Positions 38,610 through 50,818 of a stretch of 64,000 nt of DNA are shown here, piece by piece. Below the pieces are notes generated by a model. That model made no database searches, was not told the origin of the DNA, and saw nothing but the letters and a program-made list of their open reading frames with translations. Source of the stretch: Guillardia theta CCMP2712 (taxonomy: Eukaryota > Protista > Cryptophyta); the NCBI RefSeq assembly GCF_000315625.1, contig NW_005434479.1:11582-75581 (forward strand), written 5' to 3'. The translations under genes and the position numbers were made by a program. Positions within the stretch are counted from its first letter, which is position 1; each line of letters opens with the position of its first letter.

Positions 38610-39127
38610 ATGAACGACCATCTACCTTCCCGGCCCTCAAGTGCATTCCTTCACAAAGGAATCATCTCCGATGGAAGTTCGGTTGTTGAGCATGATGATA
38701 CGCGTTTGAGTGGTGGCATCACCTCAGGGAACGATGAACCCAAGGCAACATCTTCAACACCTCCCGGAGAGAATTCTGATGAGATCCAATCAGAGTCAGT
38801 GATAAAGAGAGTGAGCAGTCTGAAGCATCGAGCTAGTCTTCTCCACCATTTGTCGGCGACGACTGTTTCCCGGTCGAGGTCTCCTTTGGAGGTCCCCGAT
38901 GCGAACGTGCCTGTCAGGCCATGCTCTTCTCCTCCCACGAAGACCATCTTCTCCAGTGTCACTGGAGTCTTTGAGCCTGGTAAGTTCACCGCCATCATGG
39001 GATCAAGCGGAGCCGGCAAGACGACGCTTCTCAACGCCGTGGCTGGGGAGACAGCTGGTGGCAGCCTGTCGGGAGCTGTGCATTTCAATGGAGCCACAGT
39101 TGACACGGCAACGATCCGAAGGCAACA
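38610..39127 (+). pseudogene. Truncated ABCG (White/PDR-type) transporter fragment
   Basis: KTIFSSVTGVFEPGKFTAIMGSSGAGKTTLLNAVAG...SGAVHFNG (Walker A); no Q-loop, signature, Walker B or TMD follows. Confidence 0.8.
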
Positions 39128-39496
39128 AGTGATTTCTGAGTTTCTGTTTGCACAACTCATCAGATCAGACCAAGGTTCAATATCACTATCAAAATTAATG
39201 TACTTGGATAAGATCACCAGCTTGCTTTTTGCGGCAAAATTGTTTTTCCTACAGGGAAAAGCGATGAGATGCGGAGACAAACTTGCCATGCCTTGCAGAC
39301 CTGATGGGTTCATTATCACCTTTCCATCCTTTCCATCGCTCGTGATCCAACCAAGCAACAAGGAATTGGGAAAGTTGACGTGCTCCTATAAAAACCTTGC
39401 TGTGAGATCACGAGACCGAAAAGAAGTGCCAGACAATCTACATTGGCATCGGCATCACATGCAGAAATAAAACAAGGAGCAAGCAAGCGAATAAGT

Positions 39497-39555
<59 letters not shown>
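39497..39555. repeat. (CGAAAA)n microsatellite
   Basis: Directly visible. Confidence 0.95.
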
Positions 39556-39556
<1 letters not shown>

Positions 39557-40121
39557 AAAAGAAAGCAAAAAGAAAAGAATTCAATTCCGTTCTGCATGAT
39601 CGAGTTGATATCACTAACTTCGTCTCAGCAGATCGCAGGTAGATTTCACTCCCCTGAGCGAATTCTCCTCATTTCGCTACTCCTCCCCTTATTTCACAAC
39701 AACCTTTGATTGATCTAGAATGTCGCGAGCCTCTTTTCAGTGAGAGGCAACACGAAATGTCAGCAACGTCACCTCTAGCGCTGACACCGCCATGATGCGC
39801 CGACTGCCAAAACAAATGAATCGAACCATGCAAGCTGAATCATCCTCTTCAACATATTCAAACTCACGAGAAAGAATTCTTGGATACAGGTCGTTCAAGT
39901 CTGTCTGACTATCCTGCAGCAAGGAGGTTTCCGTTCAGTCTGCACTCTGACGTGGTCGAGATGAATCTACAGGATCGCAATCAGCCACAACCACTTTGAT
40001 GTCTTTTTTGTTGGGTCCAATCTTCTTCCCAGGCTTTTCATATCTCAGTTACTGCCATAGTTTGACGTAAGAGAAAAGAACCTGACGATAAGCTTGGAGA
40101 GCTTGCTTGGGGTGGGGTGGT

Positions 40122-42400
40122 TTACGGAGGATAAAATTTTTTTTTCATCTCTTTATGTTTAAGGAGCTCCTTATCGTCGACCAAGTCCCTCCAATCCGTG
40201 GATGCCCTGTGGGCCTGGATCCTCTGCAGGGTGTCCTCCATGAGGTGATACAGGTCGTCCGCCTCGGAGGCGATGAACTTGGACTGCTCGTAGGCGGCAT
40301 CGTCGTACACCAACAGCAGCGGCTTGAGGTCCTGCCCGCTGGGGGTGCCGCTCAGAACGCTGGCGTTGCAGCGGTAGGCGTCGAAGAGCTGGTACAGGTT
40401 GGTGTAGTTGGCGACGTAGGTCTTGAAGACAGACTCACAGGTGGACCTCCGGATCTCGCCCCACTCCTTGAGCTGCTTGGGGAGGGTGGATTTCGCCATG
40501 TTGTCGGAGAGGAGGAGCTCGACGGCATCCAGCCGGGAGAGCGACTTCCCGGATACCGTGCCCGACAGCATACCATGCGCAAGCCCGTGGATCTCATCGA
40601 TGGCGGAGATGGCGTGGGAGACATCACCATCGCAGGAGGGGTCCATCTCCAGCAGCGTCTTGCAGCGCTCCCTGATCTTCAGCGCCTTCTCCGCACTCTG
40701 GACGACGAATCCCATGTCCTTCGGGCCCTCGGTTTCAAGATGCAGCCGAACAAATAAGTCCTCCACTGACTGCCTGACGGCGCTGCTGTCCATGATCTCG
40801 TCCAGCTTATCGAGCTCCTCGGTGTTGATGTCGTACTTGTCCAGCCAGGAGATCATGGAAGAGAGATTCAGCACCACGGCCTGCGAGCCTCTCCTTGCAC
40901 CGCTTGATGTCGATGTCAGTCCTGACGAGATAATCGATGGTCTCGAGGTGCTTCTTCAGGTCTTCCAAGTGTGCCACTCGTCTCATTCATGCATCTTTGC
41001 CCTCCTTTCCCATTTGTCCTCATCACGATCCTACTCTTGCTGAATGACCTCGCGCACGAGAGAGCGCACTTCCACACCAAAGGATTCTTGTGAAGGCATG
41101 TAAGCTCCCCATGAATGATGTAAATTGCCACTTGGGTGGGTTCAAGACCTGGAGTATTATAAAAAGAGAATCTGCTTTACAGCGCTTTGTTGACAGTGCC
41201 CAGGGAAATTGGCGTGAAGAGAGCAGGATCAACAATTCTTACAGCATTTAGTTCATATTAATCTATCCAGAAGTCGATGGCGTTGAGGTTCATCGACATG
41301 ATCTTTCCGTATGTGAGGGCCCTGACCTGCAGCGGCAGTGAGATCAAACATCCTCTGCCGGCCAGCCCCGACCTGTCCGTTCCGGCAGACGTGGATCGAG
41401 TACTGACAGAAGTGACCCTGAATGAGAGTGAGCACAGAGAGGAGGAGATGGCTTCCAGAACAACAATGATCTACAGAGAAAGGAACGAGGGGTGTGCTAG
41501 GAGGAGGAATGTGTGTAACGACCTCTGCCGTGCAATAGCTTCCGTTGAAAATCAAGCGGTAGGGAGGCCACCTGAGGCATGGCTTGTCAAGAGCGTCTCG
41601 ATCGAGATGTCTTGTGCTCACAAGCTGTCGGGCAGTGTGAGCATCAAAGCTCCCTCATGGTCTCCTCTTGGTGAACTTCCTGTGACTAGCCCGTTGAAGA
41701 GGCAGCGACGTCCTTCACGCCTGGCGAACACAGGGCCGTAGACCTTAGCCATGATCAGCACAAGAAGAGGCCATGCGGGTGTAGAGCAAGCACCGGCTCG
41801 TTTGTCGCTTTGAAGCTGAGAGGTGCCAACACTCGTCAGGCTGGACAACAACGCTCGAGCTTCACTCACCCGTTCTGCAAGTTGAGCATATGCTGCTCAT
41901 GGTCGCCCAGTAGAATTGATACCTGCCGTTCGAGCTGGAGGACGCGAGCTTCGAGAGACGTGTTCCTGCGCGCTGAAGTCAAGCGCCGACATCAATTCCT
42001 TCAGAGGATCGACCTCTCTGTCAGCTCGGCGTTGATGGCCTCTAGAGCTGACGCCCTTTCGGTGACTCTCATGTGGTCTTGTCTAAGGCGCAAGTCAGCT
42101 CCTCTCACCAGCAAGTCGCTCACCTCAAGTCAAGAATCATGTCCTGCAAACGACTTCCGTCCGCTACTGTCGTCACCTACACCCGCCCAGTGAGTTCTTG
42201 CGCTCCTTGATCAAACACGTTTGGTTCACACGTCGGGGAGTTTGAAGTCATAGGTGCTCTCATCGAACTCGCTCCGTACGATCACAGAGACAAGGAGCGC
42301 CAGGTCGATGCCAGTGTTGCCAACCAGAGAGCAGCTTGATGCCGAGTCAGAGCTGAACTCTTGGATGTTGTCGTAAATTACCTCACAGACGCTGATTTGC
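40122..42400 (-). CDS. Multi-exon hypothetical helical/coiled-coil protein of a multicopy family, possibly internally deleted
   Basis: 251-aa terminal ORF with GC-biased third positions; upstream mini-exons (HMRVTERASALEAINAELTER|NTSLEARVLQLERQ|) bounded by GT-AG; lacks 286 bp present in the 28.8-kb copy. Confidence 0.55.
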
Positions 42401-44189
42401 TTTCCCCGGACAGCGCTTTGGTAAGGAGCTGGTACCTAACAGTAATTCAGACTTCGCGCCACAAGCATGAATATTAAAGCAAGTCATGCCGCTTACACGA
42501 ATCTCAACGGTTTTCTCACTATCCGAATGGCGTCAGCATCGCCATAGACGGCACGATACTCTCGTTTGGTCCACCTGCAAGGTTGTCACATCTGAGCCGA
42601 GAGAGTTCTGTGATAATGCACCAGTTCTGTGCAAAGATCTGAATCATCCCGGGCTTGTACTGATCGCCTGGCCGATGCTCGAGATCGAATCGAAGTTGGC
42701 TACACATGCAGTCAGAATCTGCTGTTGACCTATATGGTTTCACGCACGCACCCCGAAATGCCTTGAAATTCCTGGGGCTGAATCTGGGCCTTTTCTATGC
42801 CCGTCCCCTCATTGACTTCGGTAAGGATTGACTTCCTACACGTTCCTCTCCATCATTCTCAGTTGTAATGATGTGCAAAATCAAACCTGGGCCCATCCTT
42901 ACTAGGGGAGGTCATGGGACGGCGGATGGGTTTGTTGTTTCCTCGGGGGGTTGGAATCATCTTCCATGATGCAGGAGGGACTCCCGAGCTCTTCATTGTC
43001 TATTCTACGCTGATGTGAGTGACTGTGTTGGTAACCCGATGACTCTGAAACGTCAGGGTGACGACCGGATTCTCGCTGCCACGGTTCAAGAAAGGTGCAG
43101 ATCATTTGTAGAACTTTTCTCCCACGCCAGGCGCAGCATCCTCGAGGATCGAGCCATGAAGAGTGAAGCTTTCATCGTTGCACAAGCTAGTTAGTACGTC
43201 CCCTCACTCTCAAGCGGCTCAGTCTTCTTCGCGGCTGTGGCTGGCTGAATCACTCAGTTGACGGGGGCTGAGCGGATCATGGCAGCGGCATGGGCAGCGG
43301 GAGGGATAGCAGATGAATCGGGCCACTAGATTGAATCTTTACTCAAATTGAATTATGCGGTAGGTCCGGCCCCGCCTCCGAGCCTTCACTGGCACTGAAT
43401 CACTGAGGCTTCGCCTGAGCCCGGCGTCCCGGCCCGGCGTCCCGGTCCCCCGGGCAGTAAGATCGGGCTTGCCTCAGAGTTTGTGTTTAATTCCCTTTAC
43501 AGGACAGCAATCCGTAGTCCTAAAAGACTAATAGGATGATCTTCTGCCTTAATTTTTCGTGCGTCATGCCGTGGAGCGGCATCGGGTTCAGGCAGGTAAG
43601 GAAATGGGGAAGAGAGGAGGAGGAGGAGGAGTTAGGACGCAGATCCAGTAGAAAGATTAAATCAGTGGAAACAAGCTCAGGATAGCAGAGCGGCGAAGGA
43701 GAAAGTCATCTGAGAGCAGAAGACGAGGGAGCATCGCAAGAATGAACAGTGGGTTACAAAGAGACAGAAGGAGTCAGGCAGGGAGAGGGCATGATCAATG
43801 AGTGAACTTGAAATTAGGCCGAGAGGTTTCTTAGTACCATCGTGCAGTGCCGTGCATGTCTTTTGTTGGCGCTTAAAGTACGAAGATGTGTGCAGCAAAC
43901 CACAGGGACAGGATTGAAAGAAAACAAGGCCAGAATGAAGTCAGAAATGGTCTCAGATTCTGTAGTAGAAATGCATTCATATTGTGGTCGTTACTAGATG
44001 GAAAGATTCTTTCAGTGATGCAAATATTTGTGTAATAGATTGCAAGAGTAATGTCGAATTTCGAGTTTGTGCCATGGCTCGTATCATGCCACAAACCGAA
44101 TAGAATGAATGCACCTGCTGTTCATCTTTTTTTTGTTTCATTGTTCGCACGACACATTTGCTGACATGATGTCTACTACCTTTTGTTTT

Positions 44190-45715
44190 CAGCTGGGCCA
44201 AATATTTCGGAAGCGAGTTATGTTGTACACACAACAAACATCTGGAAGTTATCATAGAGTTTTGTTGGGCGTGTCCGCATCAGCAGTTTTCTGCTCGATG
44301 GGAGGTGAGTTATCTCAGCTGTGTCTCATTGCATTTGAGTGGTCGAGCAGCAGGTGTGGCGTTAGCGGAGCACAAGGCAGCGGAAGATGCATTGGGACGA
44401 GATTCGAAAGAGGTTGCCTCATTTCTCTGCCCGCCCGTCCTCCTCGATACTGCCTCCTCCTTGCTTCTTCTCCTTCCGTTCTGCTACGTCTACCATTCCT
44501 ATATTTGTTCTGGTGCTCTACGTCTTTTGCTCGCAGTTTTCTAGCATCATGTGCTAAGTTATGCTCACAGCAGCATCGTCCCCTGTCTCATCTGGTGCTG
44601 TGCTGGGGAGGAGGGCTGTCAGGTGAGCAGTGAGTCACGGATTTGGGAGCAAGGAGAGGGAGAGGGAGAGGGAGAGGGCGAGGGCGAAGACGATGAGGAT
44701 GATGAGGATGAGGATGTTTCGAAGTGACATACTCGTTAGGTGCGTTGGGGATCGGAGAGACGAGAAACTCAGCAACACCGAAGCATGTGGAAACTCTTCC
44801 AAAGGTAATGCAGATGATGGGCATTAAGGCGAAGAGCTGGTTTGTTATGAGTCTGTTGAAATCATTATTCAAGATGCTCATGGTAGAAAGAGTGATGGCA
44901 ACAATGAAAGCAGTATAGATGCTCTCAAATATTTCACTTCGTTAATTTCATTCAGAGGATATGACTTTGTTGTTGTCTCTTTCAGGATGTCACTCAGGTC
45001 GATTGCGGCGATTCTTGGAGCGCATGTATTGCTGGGGACTGTGAGTGAATTTCCTTGTTCGAAATATGAATGATGGCGTACTGCCCAGCTCTTTACACCT
45101 GGGGAAAAGGACAGGATGGCAGGCAAGTTGGTACAGGAGGGGAAGGGAGGGAGGAAGGATGCCAGACAAAAGGAAAGGCATGATGCTATTCGCCTTTCAC
45201 AGATTGGGGCTTGGGGAGACTCTTGACGTTCTTTATCCTCAAAAAGTGAATCTTGAAGGTGAGTTTGTTCTCTTGCTCAAATCCTTTCTCCTCCTCCCCT
45301 TCTCGTATGCTCGTACTTGAACCTACTTTTACCCTCCTTCTCTCTCTCCTCAGTATTCGTCTTCGCTTCGTTTTCTCTCTCCGCGATCTGCTTATCGAGC
45401 TTGATGGTAGAAGGCTCGTGAGCGTATGACGCTGGGTTGCAGGTGTGACTTGTGTATCCGCTGGGCATCGTCATGCTGCTGCGATCGTGGGAGGAGGAGA
45501 CGTTTTTGTGTGGGGAAGAGGGTTCTCCGGCCAGCTGGGGCTGGGAACCAACAAGAGTCACTTCACTCCGCAGGTACTCTGAAATTGCTCAACTCCATGC
45601 TGTCCTGACTATCACCTTCTTACTTGCCTGCCCTCCCTCTTCTTTGCTGGGTCTACCTGCTGTTTGGTCCTTTCGTGTTTCGCCTGAAACCTGCGCGACT
45701 GTCTCTTTTTCTCTG

Positions 45716-45784
<69 letters not shown>

Positions 45785-46909
45785 CCTGGTCTCTCTCTCT
45801 CTCTCTCTCACTCTCTCTAATTTCTTCTCTGCTGATCCCTTCCGACCTGTGTCAACTTCCTTGTCTAGCCTCTCTCTTTCCCCATGCCAGTGAAAGCATT
45901 ATCCTGCGGGGGCTCTCACTCTCTCTTCATCACCGAGGACGGGCGCCTGTACGCGACAGGAAGGTGAAGTCTGCGTCTCTTGTCGGCCCGCAACTTCTCA
46001 GCTCCTGACAGGGGCAAGGAGGGTCAGCTGGGAACGGGCAGCCAAGAGAGCGTGCTCTCACCGGTTGAAGTTCAGATGCCTGAGGGGTCGGGGCGGGTGA
46101 AGGCGGCAGAATGCGGGAAGGACTTCTCGGTGATCGCGACGGAGAGCGGGCAGGTTTTCACATTCGGCTCGGACGACTACGGACAGCTGGGATTGGGGCA
46201 GTTCGCACGGTGACCCCCTGCTCCTGCTCTGCTGCTGCTGCTGGACTTACGCTCTTGGAAGGTACGCCATGACGCCGAAGGAGGTTGCGGTGCTGGCAGG
46301 AAAGAACGTGAGGAGCATAGCAGCCGGTTGACTCCTGTCCTCCTCTCAGCCTGCACCTGCTCGTCTCAACTTCCATGCACAGGAGACTATCACGCCGCTG
46401 CCGTCACGTCTGACGGCAAACTGTACACGTGGGGTTACGGAAGATCCGGCCAGGTGAGCTTGTTGGGCTTCTGCTGGAGATTTCTCTTAGCGTAAGTGTC
46501 GCTGCCCCAGCTCGGCAACGGCAACACAGTGGACGTCTCTCTCCCTGTCCTTGTGCGGGAGCTGCAGAACCTTCGGGTGCAGTCGGTAGCTTGTGGATGC
46601 GACCATACCGTCGCGGTAATTGACAGGGGATTGAAGGAGCAACTGATGCTCATCTCCTCTCAGGTTCTCGAGTCAGGAGAAGTGTTTGTGATGGGAAGAG
46701 GACGTGAGGGGCAGCTGGGACGGGGAGACATTGTCGAGAGCCCAGCTGTGTACAGAAGCGTTCCTCTTCAGGTGACCTTCCTTGCTCAAGAGAGAATTCG
46801 CGTGAGAACTTTGTCTTCCCCTTCCTCCCACGACTGTCTGATGCCTCCCCAGGTCCAGCAGGTTGCATGCGGCACCAGTCACACGCTTGCTCGAGGAGTC
46901 CGAACATGA
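44190..46909 (+). CDS. RCC1-repeat (beta-propeller) protein, multi-exon; 5' end uncertain
   Basis: Repeats VSAGHRHAAA..VFVWGRGFSGQLGLG, LSCGGSHSLF..LYATGR|GKEGQLGTG, ECGKDFSV..VFTFGSDDYGQLGLG, VACGCDHT..VFVMGRGREGQLGRG, VACGTSHTLA. Confidence 0.9.
45715..45785. repeat. (TCTG)n intronic microsatellite
   Basis: Directly visible. Confidence 0.95.
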
Positions 46910-47743
46910 TCGCAAGTCTCTGATTCCAAGCTCTGCTCGTCTTCCCCCTCTCTTGTCGCTTGACAATAAATTCCCCGTCCTTCACCTGGCTGACATCTTA
47001 ACGCAAGGCTCCAGAGCAGCTCCTGGCTCCTGGCTCCCGGCTCCTCCCTCCTCCTCCTCTCTCGCTCCTCCCTCCTCCCTCTTCCTTCCTCGCTCCTCGC
47101 TCCTTGCTCCTCTCTCCTCTCTCTGCTCTCTGCTCTCTGCTCTCTGCTCTCTGCTGTCTCTCCCCTCTCCTCTCCCTCCTCTCTCCTCCCTCCTCTCTCC
47201 TCCCTCCTCCCTCCGATGTTTGTCGTATTCCTCTCCTGTTGCACTCTCATCTCCGTCACATCTTTCTGCATCGCAGTGAGTAGCTTGGTATGATTCCTGA
47301 TTGCTGCTGTCAGGTTGGATACACCGGTGTTGTTCTTCAGCCTCGTTTCCAAGGATCCGATGTTATCATCTCAACAGCTGCCAACCACTCAGGACAGAGG
47401 AAATCTGCCTTCCTGATGAGCAGCTAATGAGGCGGACTCGCTGGGGCGGAAAAGGCGGGCAGTGAATGGCGGGGCGAGAGGGGCGGGAGAGGTGGAGAGG
47501 AGGAGAGAAGTGGATGGAAGGAGGAGAGACGATGAAATGAGGTAGAGGGAGGGTGGGGAGACAGAGCGAGAGAACGAGAGGACGAGAGAGAAGGAGATTG
47601 ATTCAAACTCTAGCTGTCACAGATCCAACATGGCTCAGAAGCGTTGAGCATCGTCAGAACTTACAAGACGATTCAGCAGAAGCCACGAGCTCACAAGCCC
47701 TACGCACTTGCCCAGCAGCTGTCTGACAGGTCGAGGTTAAGGC

Positions 47744-50467
47744 ATGAGCACACCGGGAGGGGACGAGAGGCAGGAGGGATACGACGGGGAGTCGAACAAC
47801 TCCTCCAACTCTTACGCGACTGTCGCGTCCTCTGGTTCCAACGTCGCGCAGAGGCTCATGGAGCTTGATGGTGGCGCTCAGGAAGCGCAAGACGAGGCAG
47901 TCACCGACAAGTCGGCGTCTCCCTCCATGCACCAAGGAAGCGCGTCAGTGCTGGTCCCTGACTTCAGCTTCCGGCCTAGACCCCGATCATCATGCAGCCA
48001 CTCGCCAAGGAAGGAAGACGCGCCGACCAGACGTGAGGAGGTTGTCGAGAAGGCTCAGCATGTTCAGGCGCATCTGAGAGCATGCGGATTCGAGGGGTTC
48101 CCGATGAACGTGGAGGACAAGGGGCTGAGCTCGGACGTGCAGGACAGATCAGCCACCATGAGCGTGACTGAGGATTTCATGGCGCAGCTGCTGATGAAGC
48201 TGGAAGAAGTGATTGTTCAGTACAAGAAGCGAGGAGTTCTGGTAGAGGACTTCTTGACTGGGGACAAGTCTCCGTTGAAGCACAAACAGGGGCAGGAGGG
48301 TGTTGGTGAGAATTCTCCCGAGAGCTTCGCTGACTCTCGTTTCTCTCCTCTCACAGACTCATCCAACCTCTTCCTCCTCCATGACTCCGAGAGGTCGAAG
48401 AAATCTTCTCCTGACAGCCACCACCGCAAGGCGTTCAACCAGTGCCAGATCGACTGGAGCTGCACGCAACCTGACCAGGGGCAGCAAGCGCGGGAGGACG
48501 AGCTGTTGCTGAGGATCGATGAGATGAGGAGGAAGGAAGCGAAGCTCATGCACATCCTGCATGAGAAGGAGCAGATGCTGGAGCAGTGTCAGGAGAGGCT
48601 GCGTATCATGCTCAAAGAGAACGATAGACGGAAGGAGACTGCTCTCAAAGTGGTCCGGGCAACTCAGATGAAGCTGGGGGGGAAAGAGAAGGCGACTGCT
48701 GGACTAGACCCGCGGACAGCCTCACTGATCCATGAGCTGGCGGAGATGAACCATGCGCTGGAGAGAGACAAGGGCAGGCTGGAAGAAGAGAACAAGTCAG
48801 TGATGGCGAGGCTTCGAGACATGGAGAATGCGATGACTGTGCCCTTGAGGGGCAGGGACCAGGAGGCTGTAAACTTCGGGCGGCTGCGAGAGGAGCTGAT
48901 CAAGAGCCAGCGGGTGATGGAGGAGTTGTCGGACAAGATCAGGCAGAAGGAAAGTGAAGCTCAGGTGGCGAACTCGCGCAAGGAGTCGATCCTCGCGTCC
49001 TACGAGCAGCTGCAGGAGAGGTTGAAGATGATGGAAGCCCAGCACGAGGAAACGCCGAAGCCGGAGTATGTTGACTCGTTGGAGAGGGCGATGTGGAGCA
49101 TGGAGAAGGAGATGGCGCAAATCAAGCACAGGCTGAAGAGCGACCTCAATGTGTTCAAGGACCTCGGCCTTCTCCTCGGCACGCAGGACCACAGCAATTT
49201 CATCCCCACCATCCGAGATCTGAAGAAGAAGGCGGCGGAGATGGAGGTTATGGCGGGAAGAATCCATGAAGTCTTCATGGAGCTGCCCATGGAGGAACGA
49301 GTTTCTTGCGGTGAAGTGAAGAGCGAAGACTGGGACTTGATGTTGACGTTGCTGGCTGAGAGAAAATATGGTACAAAGATCACGCTCGATGCTCGGAAAT
49401 TTCAGGAGGAGCAGACACAGGAACAGGAAAATCTCAGGAGGAAGGAGGAGGACCAGAAGCTGGTCGGGAAGGAGGAAGAAGCGGAGGCGATCGCTGTGCT
49501 TGCTGAGATCGAAGCTGTGCTTTCACAGCGCGTCAGCCCCTTGGCCCTCAACGCCATCAAAGCCGGCAAGAAGCATGGCGATGCTCACGTGCTCGGCTCT
49601 CAGGGCAAGGAGGTGGTGGAGGAAGTGAGAGACTTGGTAGCGTACGAGCGTTGCTGTCTGGCGCGTACATTTCTGGAGGGTGAGGAGGAGGAGGAGAAAG
49701 AGGAAGAGAAGGTCTGCAGAGAGCTGCTGATGCAGGTCCAAGCTCTCCTTGGGGTCGACTCTGTCTCGAGCATCCTCCCCAAGATCTCTTGGATGAGGGA
49801 GATGGCCAAGGAAGCAGATCGTGCTCGCGCGTCCCTGCTTCTCATGCTACAGCTGCCGCTCGATGCTTCCTGGCAAGACTGTATGCTGGCTCTCAAGCGG
49901 GTCGGCACTGATTCGAAGCCTCTGGCTCCGGATGAACCTCCTTCAACTCAGGAAGTCGCAAAGACTCCGAGCCCCGACAAGCAAGTACGACCCGTGGAGA
50001 CTGAGCCTTATAGCACAAAGGAGGAGGAGCAGGAGGAGCAGGAGCGGGAGCAGCAGGAGTATGATCATGAGCAAGAGAAGAAGGTTCATTGCGTCAGACC
50101 AGCGTCAGCGAGGAGGCAGAAGCCGGTAGCCTGGGAGCTCAGGTTGGATTCGCACAGGAGCATGAGCATGCGCGAGGACATGTCCAAGGGAGCGCCTGGG
50201 GCTCACCATGACCTGAGAAGGAGCCTCCAAGTTACGCTGGTTCCCTTACCCGAGGAGGACCCCAGCTCGTCTTCTCCCCGGGCTTCCCAGGGAGTCTTGC
50301 AAGAAGCCTGCGGTCGCCACCTCCTCGCTCGCGCGCGCATGTCGGCGGGTACGGCACTGCAGCCTCCTCGTCGCTGGAGGCCTCGGCCGGTGAGCTCGAC
50401 CAGCCTCGTGCAGGCTGCGGGGAAGAATGGGACGAGAACGTCGCAGAGGATGAGAAGTCAGCGGTGA
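47744..50467 (+). CDS. Long coiled-coil protein (907 aa, single ORF), CEP70-like centrosomal candidate
   Basis: Extended heptad regions; C-terminal QVQALLGVDSVSSILPKI...LLMLQLPLDASWQDCM resembles my recollection of the CEP70 C-terminal helical domain; family call tentative. Confidence 0.75.
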   Translation: MSTPGGDERQEGYDGESNNSSNSYATVASSGSNVAQRLMELDGGAQEAQDEAVTDKSASPSMHQGSASVLVPDFSFRPRPRSSCSHSPRKEDAPTRREEVVEKAQHVQAHLRACGFEGFPMNVEDKGLSSDVQDRSATMSVTEDFMAQLLMKLEEVIVQYKKRGVLVEDFLTGDKSPLKHKQGQEGVGENSPESFADSRFSPLTDSSNLFLLHDSERSKKSSPDSHHRKAFNQCQIDWSCTQPDQGQQAREDELLLRIDEMRRKEAKLMHILHEKEQMLEQCQERLRIMLKENDRRKETALKVVRATQMKLGGKEKATAGLDPRTASLIHELAEMNHALERDKGRLEEENKSVMARLRDMENAMTVPLRGRDQEAVNFGRLREELIKSQRVMEELSDKIRQKESEAQVANSRKESILASYEQLQERLKMMEAQHEETPKPEYVDSLERAMWSMEKEMAQIKHRLKSDLNVFKDLGLLLGTQDHSNFIPTIRDLKKKAAEMEVMAGRIHEVFMELPMEERVSCGEVKSEDWDLMLTLLAERKYGTKITLDARKFQEEQTQEQENLRRKEEDQKLVGKEEEAEAIAVLAEIEAVLSQRVSPLALNAIKAGKKHGDAHVLGSQGKEVVEEVRDLVAYERCCLARTFLEGEEEEEKEEEKVCRELLMQVQALLGVDSVSSILPKISWMREMAKEADRARASLLLMLQLPLDASWQDCMLALKRVGTDSKPLAPDEPPSTQEVAKTPSPDKQVRPVETEPYSTKEEEQEEQEREQQEYDHEQEKKVHCVRPASARRQKPVAWELRLDSHRSMSMREDMSKGAPGAHHDLRRSLQVTLVPLPEEDPSSSSPRASQGVLQEACGRHLLARARMSAGTALQPPRRWRPRPVSSTSLVQAAGKNGTRTSQRMRSQR

Positions 50468-50818
50468 GAGGAAAAGAATCTTAAGTCTAATCAAAGTTAT
50501 GAATCAAATGACAGTGATATACAGGAGGAGAGGGGAGGGGAGGGAATGGGAGGAGAGGAGAGGGGAGGGAGGGGAGGAGGGGAGAGGAGAGGAGGGGAAG
50601 GGAGGGGAAGGGAGGAGAAGGGGAGAGGAGAGAATATGCACTTCATTATGTATCTCACTTGGATGCTACAAACACTTCGATAACGATTGATGCCGAAGGA
50701 CGTGGAAGAAACCTTGCTGGTTGTTGTTGCATTGCTTCTTCTGCTGCTGCTTCTGCTTCTGAAAGGATTTCTTGGTTCCGTCAAGACTCGTAGGGCGAGT
50801 AGAAGAAGTCAAGTGACT

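Noticed and set aside
44190-46909. UVR8 photoreceptor
   Set aside because: The RCC1 repeats lack the GWRHT tryptophan motifs
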